Positions 1 through 11,639 of a stretch of DNA of 64,000 nucleotides are shown piece after piece (position 1 is the first letter of the stretch; every line of letters begins with the position of its first letter). Position numbers and translations under genes: made by a program. The notes beneath the pieces are model-generated. The model worked only from the letters and a program-made list of their open reading frames with translations. It had not been told where the DNA came from and did not search any database. Source of the stretch: Lama guanicoe (lineage: Eukaryota); contig MU053934.1 in NCBI GenBank assembly GCA_013239625.1, positions 1,147,285-1,211,284 of the forward strand. The letters run 5' to 3'.

Positions 1-1469
1 AAACTCCAAATTTCAGACAATTTAAAATCTTGTCTCTGCCGTCAGTTCAGGTCAACCTTCGGCTGAGAAACTGAGGTAAGAAGGGAAGTTAGAATTCTTG
101 TTTTTTTACTTTCCCATCTTACACTGCCTTTTCCTCCACTTACCAGCTACTGTTTGAGACCCCCTGTAGTTTTAAGAGGGTGGGAAGTCCTGATCTGATA
201 AGCACAGTTTGTTTCCTGTTGGAACCTTACAGATAAGATGCATGTCCAAAAGTGACTCTTCCTTTCTTACAGCATCTTTGCAGGGTCTGTATAAACTTCC
301 TGGGTCACCGCATCTTCTCAACCACTGTCCCCTTGATGACAGCCCCCTGGTTTCCAGTAGCCCACCCTTCTATTTACCTCACCACCCCACGTCAGGTGGT
401 CTTTTTGGAGAGAGTCCCTCTCATGCTCCCCAAGCCACATGCCCTTCCTAGGGGTCCGTATTTGAATTTCCGTAAATATGCATGCATTCTTGTGCCAAAA
501 ACTCTAGAAGTCAGGGCCCTTTCCAGAGCAGGTCTCCTGTCTCTCAAACCAGCCCTGGTTTTTATTTTCGTACTTTTCAAATGTGAGTCAGACACCAGAC
601 CCTGCACTCCTCAACTCCAGGGAAAACATGTCAAGTTCTTGACATGTCTTCTTGAAGTTTTGGTGGCGAGGGGAACAGGTTCTCCAAGCTCCCTGACAGC
701 TCTTTCTCTGAAAAGTCTTCACTTTTTAATCTCTCCAGAGTCCTCTATCACACCCACCTCTCCTAATGCCGAGGCTGGAAGAGGTGTTGGACCAGTGCCA
801 GCAGAGATGAGTTCACATCCTCAGAAACATGTTTCTCTAGCATGTGGGAGTACCAGGGACTACTGTATTGTTCTGGACCTTTGAGTCCTTTGAGAGAGTA
901 GGAAGCACCTGATTTACTATTCTTTCGTGAAAAGTATTGTTTCATCATTTATGTGTGCATGTGTGTATGGACGGATATAAACCATATTAACATCTTGCAG
1001 AACTCAGTTTGGGAAACCTGGGCTAAGACACTTCTGATTAACTTGCAAGAGATAGAATCAGCCCGGCTTCCTTCTGAAAGCAACACTTACTCAGAGTCTT
1101 AGGTAGAATGATCCAAAACACCGACAACGTTTTGCTGAAATCAGACTTGAGACCACGAATTTGCCACCAAGTTTGGCATGTCTTTCTAGCGCAGGGGATT
1201 GGATCTGAATCGTTCAGCTCTATCTGGAACCAACACAGCACAATTATACAACTGTTGTTCTGGGCTTCTAAATGATGTCAGAGGAGGCAGAACCTGTAAA
1301 ACACAATTGTCCTATCTAGAGGAAATACCTAGGACCCCAGCTTCACCATGATGAACCTAATCAGGTTACTCACCAGCTCTGTATCCTGGGATTCCACTAT
1401 TCTTTATAAAGCTTCCATGTGGATTAAGAAATATGCCCTCTCTGGGCAGGTAGATTAGAAAGAGGTAGG

Positions 1470-1591
1470 ACCCTGGGCAGGTGCACCTCCACACCACAGC
1501 CAAGTTTGGTCTAGATTTCAGCCCTAGCTGATTTCCTCAGCCAGGTACCATGAGCAGTGTACAAACCCTACAATTGCAAATGGCAACCCTA
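1470..1591 (-). mobile_element. hAT-Tip100 DNA transposon remnant, MER91-like
   Basis: Minus strand begins TAGGGTTGCCATTTGCAATTGTAGGGTTTGTACACTGCTCATGGTACCTGGCTGAGG, resembling the recalled MER91 5' end. Confidence 0.5.
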
Positions 1592-2564
1592 AACCTTTTT
1601 AAAATAAAGTTAATATTTCCATTATACATGTAATACTTAATCATTACAAGAATTATTTTAAATATAAATATATATATAATTAATTCCTTTTCCCACATCT
1701 CAAAGGCGAGTATGCTATTATATTTTCTAAGTGTATTTTAAGTGATTGTCATCATACCATATATATATGGCTTTGTAAAGTTCTTTCTTAATATAACATT
1801 GTAATACAAGCTTTTTTCATGTTCTCCAAATTCTCCATCAATGTCAGTTTAAACAGTTCATCCATAGATATTAATCAGAGAGACACCACTAAATCTTAAG
1901 GAACTCAGAGAGAGGCCAAAGATAGCTGAAAATGAGCAATGAACTCCAGGGACTATCTTTCTGGAAAAGATTAAAAGAGAGAAACATATATACAGATGGA
2001 TACTCTGAGATGAAGATGTTGGCAGGTACCTTCCTAGGGTCAGAGTATGAGTCTTTAAGGGATTTGGGACAAGGCTCAAGAAATCTGGTACTCACTGTGG
2101 TCCATGGCTCTCTCCTTTTGAGGAAAGCCAGATAAAAAAGTGCTTCACTGGGTCAACTCATGCCAGCTTCTGAAAGCCAAGGGTAGCATTTTAGCCAAAA
2201 AGTTCTGCTTGAAAGTCAAGCTTTAAAAATAGTCAGAGGCATTTTGCAAACCTAATTAGTCCCCTCTGAGATGTTTTGATGAACACTGAATGCCATCAAC
2301 CTGCATTTGGCAAACAGGAAGTGGGGGAGCGAAATAACCCACCTATGAGTTTCCAGTCACTAGAGGGCCAACCTTTGGCGGATCTTGGGGCACAAGCAGA
2401 TAGCCACCCCTACTTACTCACCTGCTTGTGGGAGACTAGAGTTGAAGTTCAGGGACACCCTTTAGCAGCTGTTACTCGCAGAAGGCTGTATTTAGCATTC
2501 TCAATCTTTTCATGTCCCCTTTCTGAAAGCCCCTTACCAGATGAGATTCTAATCCCCAATGCTG

Positions 2565-2565
<1 letters not shown>

Positions 2566-2599
<34 letters not shown>

Positions 2600-2612
2600 C
2601 TCTCCCCCTCTC
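2566..2612. repeat. (CT)n microsatellite
   Basis: Visible CTCTCT... tract. Confidence 0.95.
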
Positions 2613-2965
2613 CTTTCTATCAAAATAAGGTCTGCAAAGGACCATAGTTAGCCAGTTCCCCTTTTGAGGAAAATCAGAACATCAAGAATTCTGGCCGGTC
2701 ACACACCTTCCAGACTCTGGCAGTGACTTGTTATATTTGAAAGTTCCTTAGCTTTTGTTTTTATGAAAAGGATGCTCCTGTTAGATTTCAGATCACAAGT
2801 CATACATTCCATTCAATACGTGCTTATGGAACATCCTTTGTGAAACACAAAACAAATTTTATCTTAAACTATACTAAATAATTCATGAGCATAAACTTCA
2901 ATTGCGTGTATTTTCTGAATGGAAAGGGAAAGCAGCATTATTCATAAAAACTTCTAATACATTTC

Positions 2966-3418
2966 TGTGACTGACCTGAAAGAGACTGTTTGCACAAAAA
3001 GGATGTAGTCTAAATAAGGGACTATTTCTAAAAAGTGTGGGCAGGGTTAAGAGAAACCCATAAGGGACAGTGAAGCACCCTGGGACCAGCAACAGTGCAA
3101 ATCTCCTACCTCCCCTGTACCAGGAGGGCAAGGGAAGAGGGTGTTGCCAAAACTGATGAAAGCCATAGATCTATGAGGAGAAGGTCTTCCAGCAGGAACT
3201 GTGACTTCCATTACAAACATCCATTGCCAAATTGTGACCCAGAAGGAGCACAGGGGGCTTTCTCCTCTTCCACCCTCCAGTCTCCTGCCAATGACTCTCA
3301 TTGACTAAATTCTACAAGAATCCAGCAATCCTTAGAGATCAGTCTCTCAGGGCACTGAGGAGTGATGGAAAAGTGTACAGAGTGGACCTGGGAGAGCAAA
3401 CGAAGACCATTCAGCACA
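2966..3418 (-). mobile_element. 3' LTR of the ERV-L provirus (LTR33-like)
   Basis: Minus strand starts TGTGCTGAATGGTCTTCGTTTGCTCTCCCAGGTCCACTCT, like the recalled LTR33 start. PPT at 3419-3432. Similar to 10192-10648. Confidence 0.85.
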
Positions 3419-3985
3419 GTCCACCTCCCTCAGTCCCTTTACATTCACTCTTAGCTCTGGATGGAAAATTCATGCCCGTAGCAGGTGGAGCACACAAAAT
3501 CCCACTGGCTAGTCTGTCGTCACCTGACCATGCCAATTCTGTCATATTCCCACCTTAAACCTAGAATATTAATACCAAGAACACTCTTTATATAAAGTAG
3601 TGGGTGGGCGAAGTCAAAAGAAGAATTAATTCATCTAAATCTAGCTGCTACAGTTCACACTTGAGTAACCAGTCAGTCACAAGACATGAAGTGATAACCC
3701 GAGCTTCCTTCTGCCATGTTACTACCTACCGTACATCTCCTGCATCATCTTTACCGGGTGGTATGGCCAAACCCTCATCTCTTTAGGATCTTAGTCATCG
3801 ATCATCCTTCTTTACTGAACTGTAACTGTTTTCCATTGACCAGGGCTATTGGACAAGGAAGTTCTAACAGGCACCAGAGAATTTCCCTGGGTTCCAGACG
3901 ATTCTTCAGTTTAGTCCTTCTGTGTGACAGGGCACCACGCAAGAAAGCCTACTGCTTCGATTCTTTTATCATCAAATAAGTATCT

Positions 3986-4559
3986 TGAGGTATACTGCCT
4001 CATAAATGCCCCCCAGTGATCTCTACCTCCTGGTATTCGTACCCTCGTGTAAACGCCTCCCCATGGATATGCGGGTGTGGGTGAGACAGAGTGACTTGAG
4101 TCTAATGCATAGAATAGGGCAAAAATGATGGCATGTTACTCTTGAGATTATATTATTAAGGATTTGACCTCCTTTTCTCTCTCTCTCTCTCTTTTTCTCT
4201 CTCCCCCATCCCCCGCTTCAGCCTTTCTTTTGCTCTTCTGGTATACTTGCTCTGATGAATAAGCATGCCAACATGTTGTCAGGGATCCTGGGAAGGGGAA
4301 CTGAGGGTGGCCTCCAGTCAACAGCCAGGGACCCCAGCTCAATAGCTATTGCAGAACTGAATTCCGCTGACAACACTGTGAGTGAACTCGGAAGTGAATT
4401 CTCCCCTAGTTGAGCCTGCAGATGGGAGCCACCCTGGCAGATACCTTGACTGCAGCCTGTGAGGGACCTTTAAGCATAAGGCTCAGCTGATAGATGCCTG
4501 CTGTCTTGAGCCACCGAAGTTCAGGGTAATTTATTATGTGGCAATAGATAACTAACACA
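3986..4559 (+). mobile_element. MaLR solo LTR, MLT1E/F-like, nested in the ERV-L
   Basis: CCCCCAGTGATCTCTACCTCCTGGTATTC near the start and GCAATAGATAACTAACACA at the end. Confidence 0.85.
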
Positions 4560-4599
4560 GCAAGTGCTGCAATATGGTACCACGGCGAAAAAGCAACAA

Positions 4600-4810
4600 A
4601 CGACATTCTCGTCGGTGTTTTGGATCCAGGCTTCACAGTGACCACCTCTGCCTGTTGGTTCAGCAGCATAAGGAGCCCAAAATGGCGAGGGGAATTCTTG
4701 ACTTCAGATTTGACAGGGCTTGCCTGTGTTTCCTGGTAGAAGCATTCTTCCTGTGGGAAACAGCATTCCTCCAAACACTTGCAGGCTAAGGTTGCTGGGA
4801 AAGGGAGCAA
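4600..4810 (-). pseudogene. ERV-L dUTPase remnant (frameshifted)
   Basis: ORF peptides GRMLLPGNT and RHFGLLMLLNQQAEVVTV match recalled HERV-L GGMLPPGDT...GHFGLLLPLSQQAKKGVTV. Confidence 0.8.
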
Positions 4811-5185
4811 AAATTCCTTCAGTGTACTTTTGCTTCCAATCCCTTGCAGAGGGGAGGCAACACCATATGCGGGTCACCGATTTAAGGCATATACTGTGCC
4901 CTGTAAGTTCTGACCTCGCAGGGTGCTTTCTCCCAGCGGTCACTATAGGCACCTCAATGGGGCTTTCTATCCATTTATCAAGCCAGCTTCTCCTCAGCGA
5001 TGGGACTCAATGGATGTACGTCTGGCAGTGTGCTTCTTTCACTGTAAAATAAATTGCTTTGTCAGAGGCATAGAGTATGGGTTACCATGGCAATAGATAA
5101 AACATGCGTAAGTCCATGACTGGTGGTGCTGGGAGCAGCGCTGCGAGCAGGAAAGTTAGTTTATATCGAGAATATCTATACTTAT

Positions 5186-5250
5186 ATCTATCTATCTATC
5201 TATCTGCCTGTCTGTCTATCTATCTATCCATCCATCCATGCATCCATCTA
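5186..5250. repeat. (TATC)n/(TCCA)n compound microsatellite
   Basis: Visible tandem tetramers. Confidence 0.9.
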
Positions 5251-5367
5251 CCTGTTTTGTGCTGGTCTCAGCATTACTGATGGTAATGCTGTTGACTAGA
5301 AATGCCTGGGGGGCACTCACCCTGGTCCTGGTGAGCTTCCCACAGGCATCTCCCCTTCCCAAAACAG

Positions 5368-5948
5368 TGTCATGACTGGGCTGACCCTTGTGGTTCTTAT
5401 GATTACAAGATGCCCTTCAGCAACAACTATTAGAAAACTCTGAAGAAGAAAGAGTTTATTACTTACAGCTCCTGGAGTGTACAAGGCACACCAGGGGACA
5501 GACAGCGAGGTCACGACTGGAAGGAGAGCACAAGGGCTGGGGCTCTGTTTATTGGGGTCGAGGGGATGGCTAAGGTTTCCCACACTCACTCTCCATTGGC
5601 AAACTTAAAACATAGGCGTGGGAATTTAAAGCGTGGGAGGAGAGAGGAAGAAAGAAAAAAAAAATCCAAAAACCCAAGCAGCCCAAACATCCAGTTATCT
5701 AAATCAGGCAGGATCTCTAGACAAAGAAGCCTCATGGTGTGTGTCATGGCGTGTGTGTTGGGGGTGGTGGGGTATGAGCATGAGTTCCACTCTATTCTTT
5801 ATCTAGTCCTGTGGCTGGCAATGTGTTTGTTCAAGATCGTCTTTGTTGAAGTGGATGCCTCTTTGAAGTGGATGTCTGGGCAATCAAAACTTAAGTTGGG
5901 CACTTGAATTACAAAAACAAAAGCCAACTCTCAGGACTTACACTACAC
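5368..5948 (-). mobile_element. Solo LTR of unassigned ERV family nested in the ERV-L integrase
   Basis: TG...CA termini (minus TGTAGTG...CATGACA) and minus-strand AATAAA near 5455-5460. Interrupts otherwise continuous integrase sequence. Left boundary uncertain (may extend to ~5253). Confidence 0.6.
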
Positions 5949-6168
5949 TGTCTATGCACACACACACACACACACATGCACATTCCCTTGTAGACAAATT
6001 GCTACCTCCTCCACAAGAAAAGAAATCTAACGTCATCTCCCTGCATTAGGGTGGATGCCTTGTCCCCCAAGGGGAAGTGCTGTATCAGAAGTTGAGCAAA
6101 GACCTCTGTTGCTGGCAAATTGTGCTCTCAGAGGTAGCAGTAACTGAGTAAGTCTTTATGAGAGGAAG

Positions 6169-6800
6169 CCTCCAAAAGATGGAGATACCCACCAAGGAGC
6201 ATGCTTCTTTTTTTTTTATGAGAAGTGCAAGATGCAGATACTTGTATCCCACTCTTAAGGGAAAATTTTCCAGACCACTGGGTGCCTAGAAACTTTATCA
6301 GTATATCAGCCTCCTGAATTTTCAGTTTTTCTCTTGTCTTCTGGCACACACATGTCTCATAAAGTATATAAATTTTAGTCCAGTTAGCATCATGCCTTTA
6401 ATGTAATAGACTGGTATGGTATTCTCTAGGACGTCAAGGTAATCAAGTTCCTTCATGACAATATTAAGACAACAAGCAGGAGAGCCAGCATAACCCTGAC
6501 ATAACCCTGTAGTAAGAGAATGGACTCATGTCCAGGTCATGTGAAGGCAAATTGCTTCTGACCACCTTTATCGATGGATATTGGGAAAAAAATAATAAAA
6601 CATTTGCTTCAGCACCAGCTGTATACCAGATGCCAGAGACTTGATTTGTTCCAGGAAACATCCTTTATCTTGAACTACAGTTGCAATTGGCATCACTACC
6701 TGACTGTATTTGTGATTATCCAGTCATTCTCAAGCTATTTGGATTTTGCACTGGACAAAGAGTCAAGTTAAACAGGAAATCATCACCCATGAATCTTCCA
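6169..6800 (-). pseudogene. ERV-L reverse transcriptase remnant
   Basis: SGIWYTAGAEAN (cf. PGTWYAAIDLAN), KIQ...IKFLGTQWSG (cf. KIQGPSTSVKFLGVQWCG). Catalytic YIDD has decayed to YIKG at 6394-6405. Confidence 0.85.
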
Positions 6801-6963
6801 GATATTTTAGGGTGGTGTTCATGCCCACAGTTGGCCCCAGAGATATAGAATTGCTCTCTTTATTTGGAAGAGATGATGGGCAATTCCTTCCTATCAAAAT
6901 ATCCCTCGCTTAATGGGTCAGTGAATCATAAGGATTCTGCCAGTAACTAAATCTATTCCCAAT

Positions 6964-7586
6964 TGTATTTCTAATTCTCTGTTGCTGAGTAACAAATTAC
7001 CATAAATTTAGCTCCTTAAAAAAATAGCTATTTATTATCTTGCAATTCTGAAGATGAGAACTCTGGGTGGACTGGACTGGGTTCTCTGCTTGAGGTCTCA
7101 CAAGTTCAAAATCAAAGTGTTGGCTGGGCTGGACTCTTATTTGGAAGCTCTGGGGAAGAATCCACTTCCAAGCTCATTCGGGTTGTTGGCAGAATTCTCT
7201 TCTTTGCCGTTGGAGGACTGAGGTCTTCATTTCCTTGTTGGCTGTCAGCTGGAGACTGCTCTCAATTTCTAAAGACCCCCTGCATCCCCTGGCATGTGGC
7301 TCCCTCCATCTCCAAAGCCAACAATGGCACCTCAGATCCCTCTGTGCTTCAAATCTCTGACGTCCACTTCTGCTACTTCTTCCTTTATTCTACTGGAATA
7401 AAAACTGCTTTCAAAGGACTCGTGTGATTTGGCCCATCCAGGTGATGTTCCTCTTGCCACATAATGTACTATAATCACAGGAGTGATAGCTCATCACAGT
7501 CACAGGTTCTGTACACACTCGAAGGAAAGGATCTTACACAAGGGCAAGAGTCATTGGGAGTCATTCTTGGAAATCTATCTGCCATA
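6964..7586 (-). mobile_element. MaLR solo LTR, MLT1D/E-like, nested in the ERV-L
   Basis: TGTATTTCTAATTCTCTGTTGCTGAGTAACAAATTACC start and the CTCTGGGGAAGAATCCACTTCCAAGCTCATTCGGGTTGTTGGCAGAATT MLT1 hallmark. Degenerate 5-bp TSD CCAAT/TCAAC. Confidence 0.85.
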
Positions 7587-7589
7587 TCA

Positions 7590-7830
7590 ACATGCAGTTA
7601 TGGTCTGGAAATAAAACCACAGTATGTGTCCACAGACCTTTAGTCCCTTGTGAGTTAGATTCATGCCAAGAGTTAATTCATCGCCTGACTTCCATAAGCC
7701 TCCCCTCTGAATGACGGCACCATATGGTATTTTATGTTTCTGAGGAATAGGCGTCAGCTTTGAGCCAATGCTTTATAACTTCTGGGAAGTCCAGATACGC
7801 CCATTTCCTAGTCCACTTCCACCCTGGCAG
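7590..7830 (-). pseudogene. ERV-L protease remnant
   Basis: Minus-strand GLGNGRIWTSQKL*SIGSKLTPIP matches recalled WGKGNDQTFRGLLDTGSELTLIP. Active-site DTG is destroyed. Confidence 0.65.
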
Positions 7831-8654
7831 ATAGCAACAGGTCCCTCAAAAGAAGGCTTTGGGGAAGATTCACTAAGAAAGCTTTCCAAGTGTCTTTTCT
7901 CAGAGGGGCTTGACCTCCCCATCAACGGATGGGCTGTGGATGGATGAGCCAGCATGGGTCTGGGACCTAGAAATGAGGTCATGAACCCCCATTATGGCAA
8001 CCTGAGTCAGATCAGTATGCACGAGAGCTAAAGCCTTTTCATTTTTCAGTCAAGCATCACCTTAGTAGGCTGCACATCTATTTCTTTACTAGGTACCCAC
8101 TGATCAATTAGCCAACACCACAGTTTCCTGTGGGTCAAAACACTCTCATTGTCACTCTGTCCTTGGGGCTTAATTTTGTAATTGCGCTCACTTATCTCTG
8201 ACAATTAAGTTATGCCACCAGGCTCTACAACTCCTGGATCCCATTATTCCCGCTGAAACTTGTGAGCCCAATTTTACTGCAACATCTCCCATTGTTATCA
8301 TGATCCTACACAGCACATCCATCACAGAACTTTTCATGAACTCCCTTCTCTTGGCCAGGAAAGTTCTAGCATACAAATGTCTTTGACTATAGGGTGCTCT
8401 TGAATCTAGTTTTAAACTATCTAATCTAACAGATTGTTAAAGCTATTACCAGCTGTTTATGTACATATCATACAATATCATTCAATATCATTCAATATCA
8501 AAATCATAGATGCATGCCCACTCATTGACAAATTTGTTCTGATTCCATCATATATTATGATCTGTCACTTGATCTATTACTCTTAGAATCAATTCCTATA
8601 ATCTGTAGACTTCTGTTTATAAATGTCAGCAACACACTACAAACCCAGCAGTTA

Positions 8655-9445
8655 TAGACCTGGTAAAGGTGGCTGCAAATCCTTTGCTATATACGTTAGT
8701 TTGCTAGGGCTGCCACAAAAAGTTTCACAGACTAGGTGGTTTAGACAACAGAAATGTATTTCTTTGGAGTTCTTGAGGTTGGAACCACAAGATCACAGTG
8801 TAGACAGGATTGATTTCTTATAAGTTCTCTCTTTGGCTTGTAGATGATCATCTTCTCCCTGTGTCTTCACTCAGTCTTCTTTCTATGCTTGTCTGTGTCC
8901 TAATCTCTTTTTCTTGTAAGGACATCAGTCATATTGGATTACAGCCCACACTAGCGACTTCATTTAACCTTAATTACCTCTTTAATGACCATATCTTCAA
9001 ATACAGTCATAATCTGTGATACTAGGGATTAGGACTTCAACATATAAATTTGGGAGAGACATACTTCACCCCATAATACTATTCTTCCCTTGAATGTTGG
9101 TTGACCCTGTCATCTGTTTCAGACATCAGAATGTGGTGGAAGTAATATTATACAACTTCCAAGGATAGATCTTTAAGAAATATACAGCTTCTTCCTTCAC
9201 CTTGGACCACTCCCTCCTCAAAGCCACTTACCAAGTTAGAAGACCCACTACTGCTAAAGAGAGTGGTCATGTGGAGGGAGGCCCCGATCTGTCTTGAATG
9301 TTCCACATTTATCTAAGCTCCCAGAAAAACTGTCCAGTTGAGCCCCAACTAACCTATAGGATCATGAGAGATAATATATTATGCTTATTTCAAGCTATTA
9401 AGTTTCAGGATGGATTGTCACCCACCTTAAACTAAACTAACACAA
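8655..9445 (+). mobile_element. Older MaLR LTR (MLT1G/H-like), split by the MLT1A/B insertion
   Basis: AAAGGTGGCTGCAAATCCTTTGCTA resumes after the insertion as CTATTCTTCCCTTGAA...AGAATGTGGTGGAAGT and ends AACTAACACA. Confidence 0.7.
8692..9078 (-). mobile_element. MaLR solo LTR, MLT1A/B-like
   Basis: TTAGTTTGCTAGGGCTGCC...GGACATCAGTCATATTGGATTA...GGACTTCAACATATAAATTTGGG. TSD CTATA/CTATT. Confidence 0.9.
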
Positions 9446-10191
9446 TAGGCTAGCTCCTTTTGGAGCAGGTCTTCTACTTCTCTGTCTGGCTGAACAGGAT
9501 TCTGATGTCATTAGGAGCTTGGAGGCAATGAGATAGTGGAGGTAAGTCCTGAGAATTCAGCAGTTGCCTGGGTGAAGTTAATGAGAGGAACTCATGCATG
9601 AGAAGTCTTCCCCTCAGACAGGGACAGTAAGAAGTATTCAAGGGGAGTTCTCAGTTTGCAATTATGTTCATCTCAAATCCCTATCCCATGTTTCAGGGTC
9701 TCTCTCTCTATCCTCCAGTCTTTTGCTTTACCATATGAAACATAGCAGCTGTTGGCTCTGCAACTCCACAGCTCTTACAATCAAGCCCTGAGCTTGAACC
9801 TCAGCAGCTATTACTGGGCATAAAAGACTCATTCAGAATGACCGAAAGGCTTTCTGATTTTACCTCTGTGCCCTCTCAAGGACATTCAGGTCTTACAATT
9901 TGTCATTTGTCCTTTTCTCTGTATATATTCTTTGGTGCCACCAGTTGCAACCTGCCCACATGACATCTCTGAAATCCCTATTGTTGCCATAGTGACTAAG
10001 TATCTCTATCCTTTGCTCTCTCAAGGTCTTGGCGTCCACCAGCACTCCCCCATGCTACCACCAGCAATAACTTAAGTAATTGACACCAACACATGCTACA
10101 GATTACCGGTGTCTCATTTTTCCCAGCAAGGAGGCTATCAGAGCACTCATCCAATCTCTGAATCCTATTTAACTAGTTCTGATACAATCAC

Positions 10192-10648
10192 TGTATAAAC
10201 CAGGGTTCTGGCTGATAGTTTAAGGAAGGAACTATTGACAAATGCATGGACCGAGGTAAGGAGCAACAGCAAAGGAGAGTGAAGCACCTGGGGCCATCCA
10301 CAGCAGGACGCTACAACCACTTCTAGGTCTAGAAGGGACAAGGGATGGGAATAGTTACCAGAACTGGCCAAGAGCTGAAGGCTGAAGGAGAGTTCTGACC
10401 TGTGACTTTCAAGCAAAAAGCACAAACCCTCAGAAGACTGGTGGGTAAGAATCCACGGAAAATAATGGATTTCTTTCTCTCCAACCTGCCCGTCTCCTGC
10501 CAGCTTTTCCCACTGGCCAAAATCATCAGGAAGCCAGGAGGCAAGGGATCCAGGTGGATGCTGTTAAGAGAAGTCAGCCTCTGGGCTCAGAGCAGTGGAG
10601 AAGTTTGGGGAGCAAATCTGGAGAGGCACACAAAAATGCCCCGCATCA
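10192..10648 (-). mobile_element. 5' LTR of the ERV-L provirus (LTR33-like)
   Basis: Shares AGTGAAGCACC(C)TGGG and terminal segments with 2966-3418. Followed on the minus strand by a PBS-Leu-like sequence at ~10172-10190. Confidence 0.85.
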
Positions 10649-10929
10649 TGACTCAGATCCAAGTCTTCTTGTTTTCCACCTGGATGTTCTCCACACAAAA
10701 TCTAAACTGACCATCTCCTCATTCTGATTGAGGCCCTAATTAGGACCTGTTTCCTGTTCTCTCTGCAGGTTCTGAATCTCACCAGAACAAAGATGTAACA
10801 CCCTCAGTGCGGGTCACTGACTGTGGACAAGGCTCTAAGCTTTGCTTTTGTTGTTCTTACTGTATTTTCCCCTTATATTCATTCATTTATCTTTTTAAAA
10901 AATTTCCATTTCCAATTCCCTCTGCCCAC

Positions 10930-11350
10930 CCTCCTGAACAGCCATCTGATGCATTTGTTAGCTTTTCTCGAATTTACATATGTCTTTGCAAGTATGCAAT
11001 TTTGTTTTAGGAGCATTGGTGTCTTGAACTTACAGCAATGGTATTGCACTAGAGGGTTCTTTCTGTTCCTTACCATTTAAACTCAACAGTATATTTTAAG
11101 AACCATTCTTGTTGCTGTGTATACAGCTAGTTGGCTATTTCTAACTACTGCTAGCCAATATTCTATAGTTGGTACCCAGTCATTTCACTGAGCCATTCTT
11201 TCCAGTGGTGAATGTCTAGGTGGCTTCCATCTCCCAGATGCTGCAAACATCTCTCAGATGAACACGCTCTATGTGTGTCTTCAGAGACCAGTGTGAGAAT
11301 TACTCAGAACCATATATTCAGCGTTGGTCTCCTGGATCAGAAGGACTCTT
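10930..11350 (-). mobile_element. Old L1 (L1ME-type) fragment
   Basis: CCATTCTTGTTGCTGTGTATACAGCTAGTT...GGTGAATGTCTAGGTGGCTTCCA, typical antisense L1M 3' region. Confidence 0.65.
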
Positions 11351-11639
11351 GCTTTGAATACCCTGAACATGGGATCTAGTTCTCTTTTTAAATGTAGTTC
11401 AATTGTTTATGATACTTTCATTCAACCAAAAATTTTTTTTATTATCAACTCTGTTTCAGCATTGTCTACACCAGTCCTTTCGCCCAGACTTCTTAACTAT
11501 AATCATAACACAGAAATGTAGAATGACAGAAATAAAAGCCACCTAGGTTGACCAATCTCCTTATTTTCTAAATGAGGAAAGTAAAGGCAGGAAAAGAGAC
11601 TTCTAATTCAAGTGAAACTTTCTTCAGTTCAGCTGCAAG

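Larger units (their letters stand above)
4830..6168 (-). pseudogene. ERV-L integrase remnant (split by the insertion at ~5185-5980)
   Basis: Minus-strand LPLIKTYSVTATSESTICQQQRSLL matches the recalled HERV-L IN zinc-finger region LPLTKADLATATAECPICQQQRPTL. Similarity continues at 5980-6045 and 5100-5180. Confidence 0.75.
8100..10170 (-). pseudogene. ERV-L gag/leader remnant (interrupted at ~8655-9445)
   Basis: MGDVAVKLGSQVSAGIMGSRSCR (ORF 8188-8376) resembles recalled HERV-L gag VGTAVTQLQNLNAMGIIGSRGGR. Lies between the PBS and pro. Confidence 0.65.
2966..10648 (-). mobile_element. Degenerate near-full-length ERV-L (class III) provirus with two LTR33-like LTRs, interrupted by nested LTRs
   Basis: Two similar LTRs in the same orientation. 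PBS-like GATTGTATCAGAACTAG follows the 5' LTR and PPT GAGGGAGGTGGAC precedes the 3' LTR. gag-pro-RT-IN-dUTPase peptide remnants lie in ERV-L order. Confidence 0.9.

Noticed and set aside
252..884. Longest ORF (210 aa)
   Set aside because: GTG start, no recognisable domain and no supporting exon structure. Consistent with a chance open frame
8465..8500. Short tandem repeat (TTCAATATCA)x2-3
   Set aside because: Local slippage duplication within the ERV-L fossil. No spacers, not CRISPR-like
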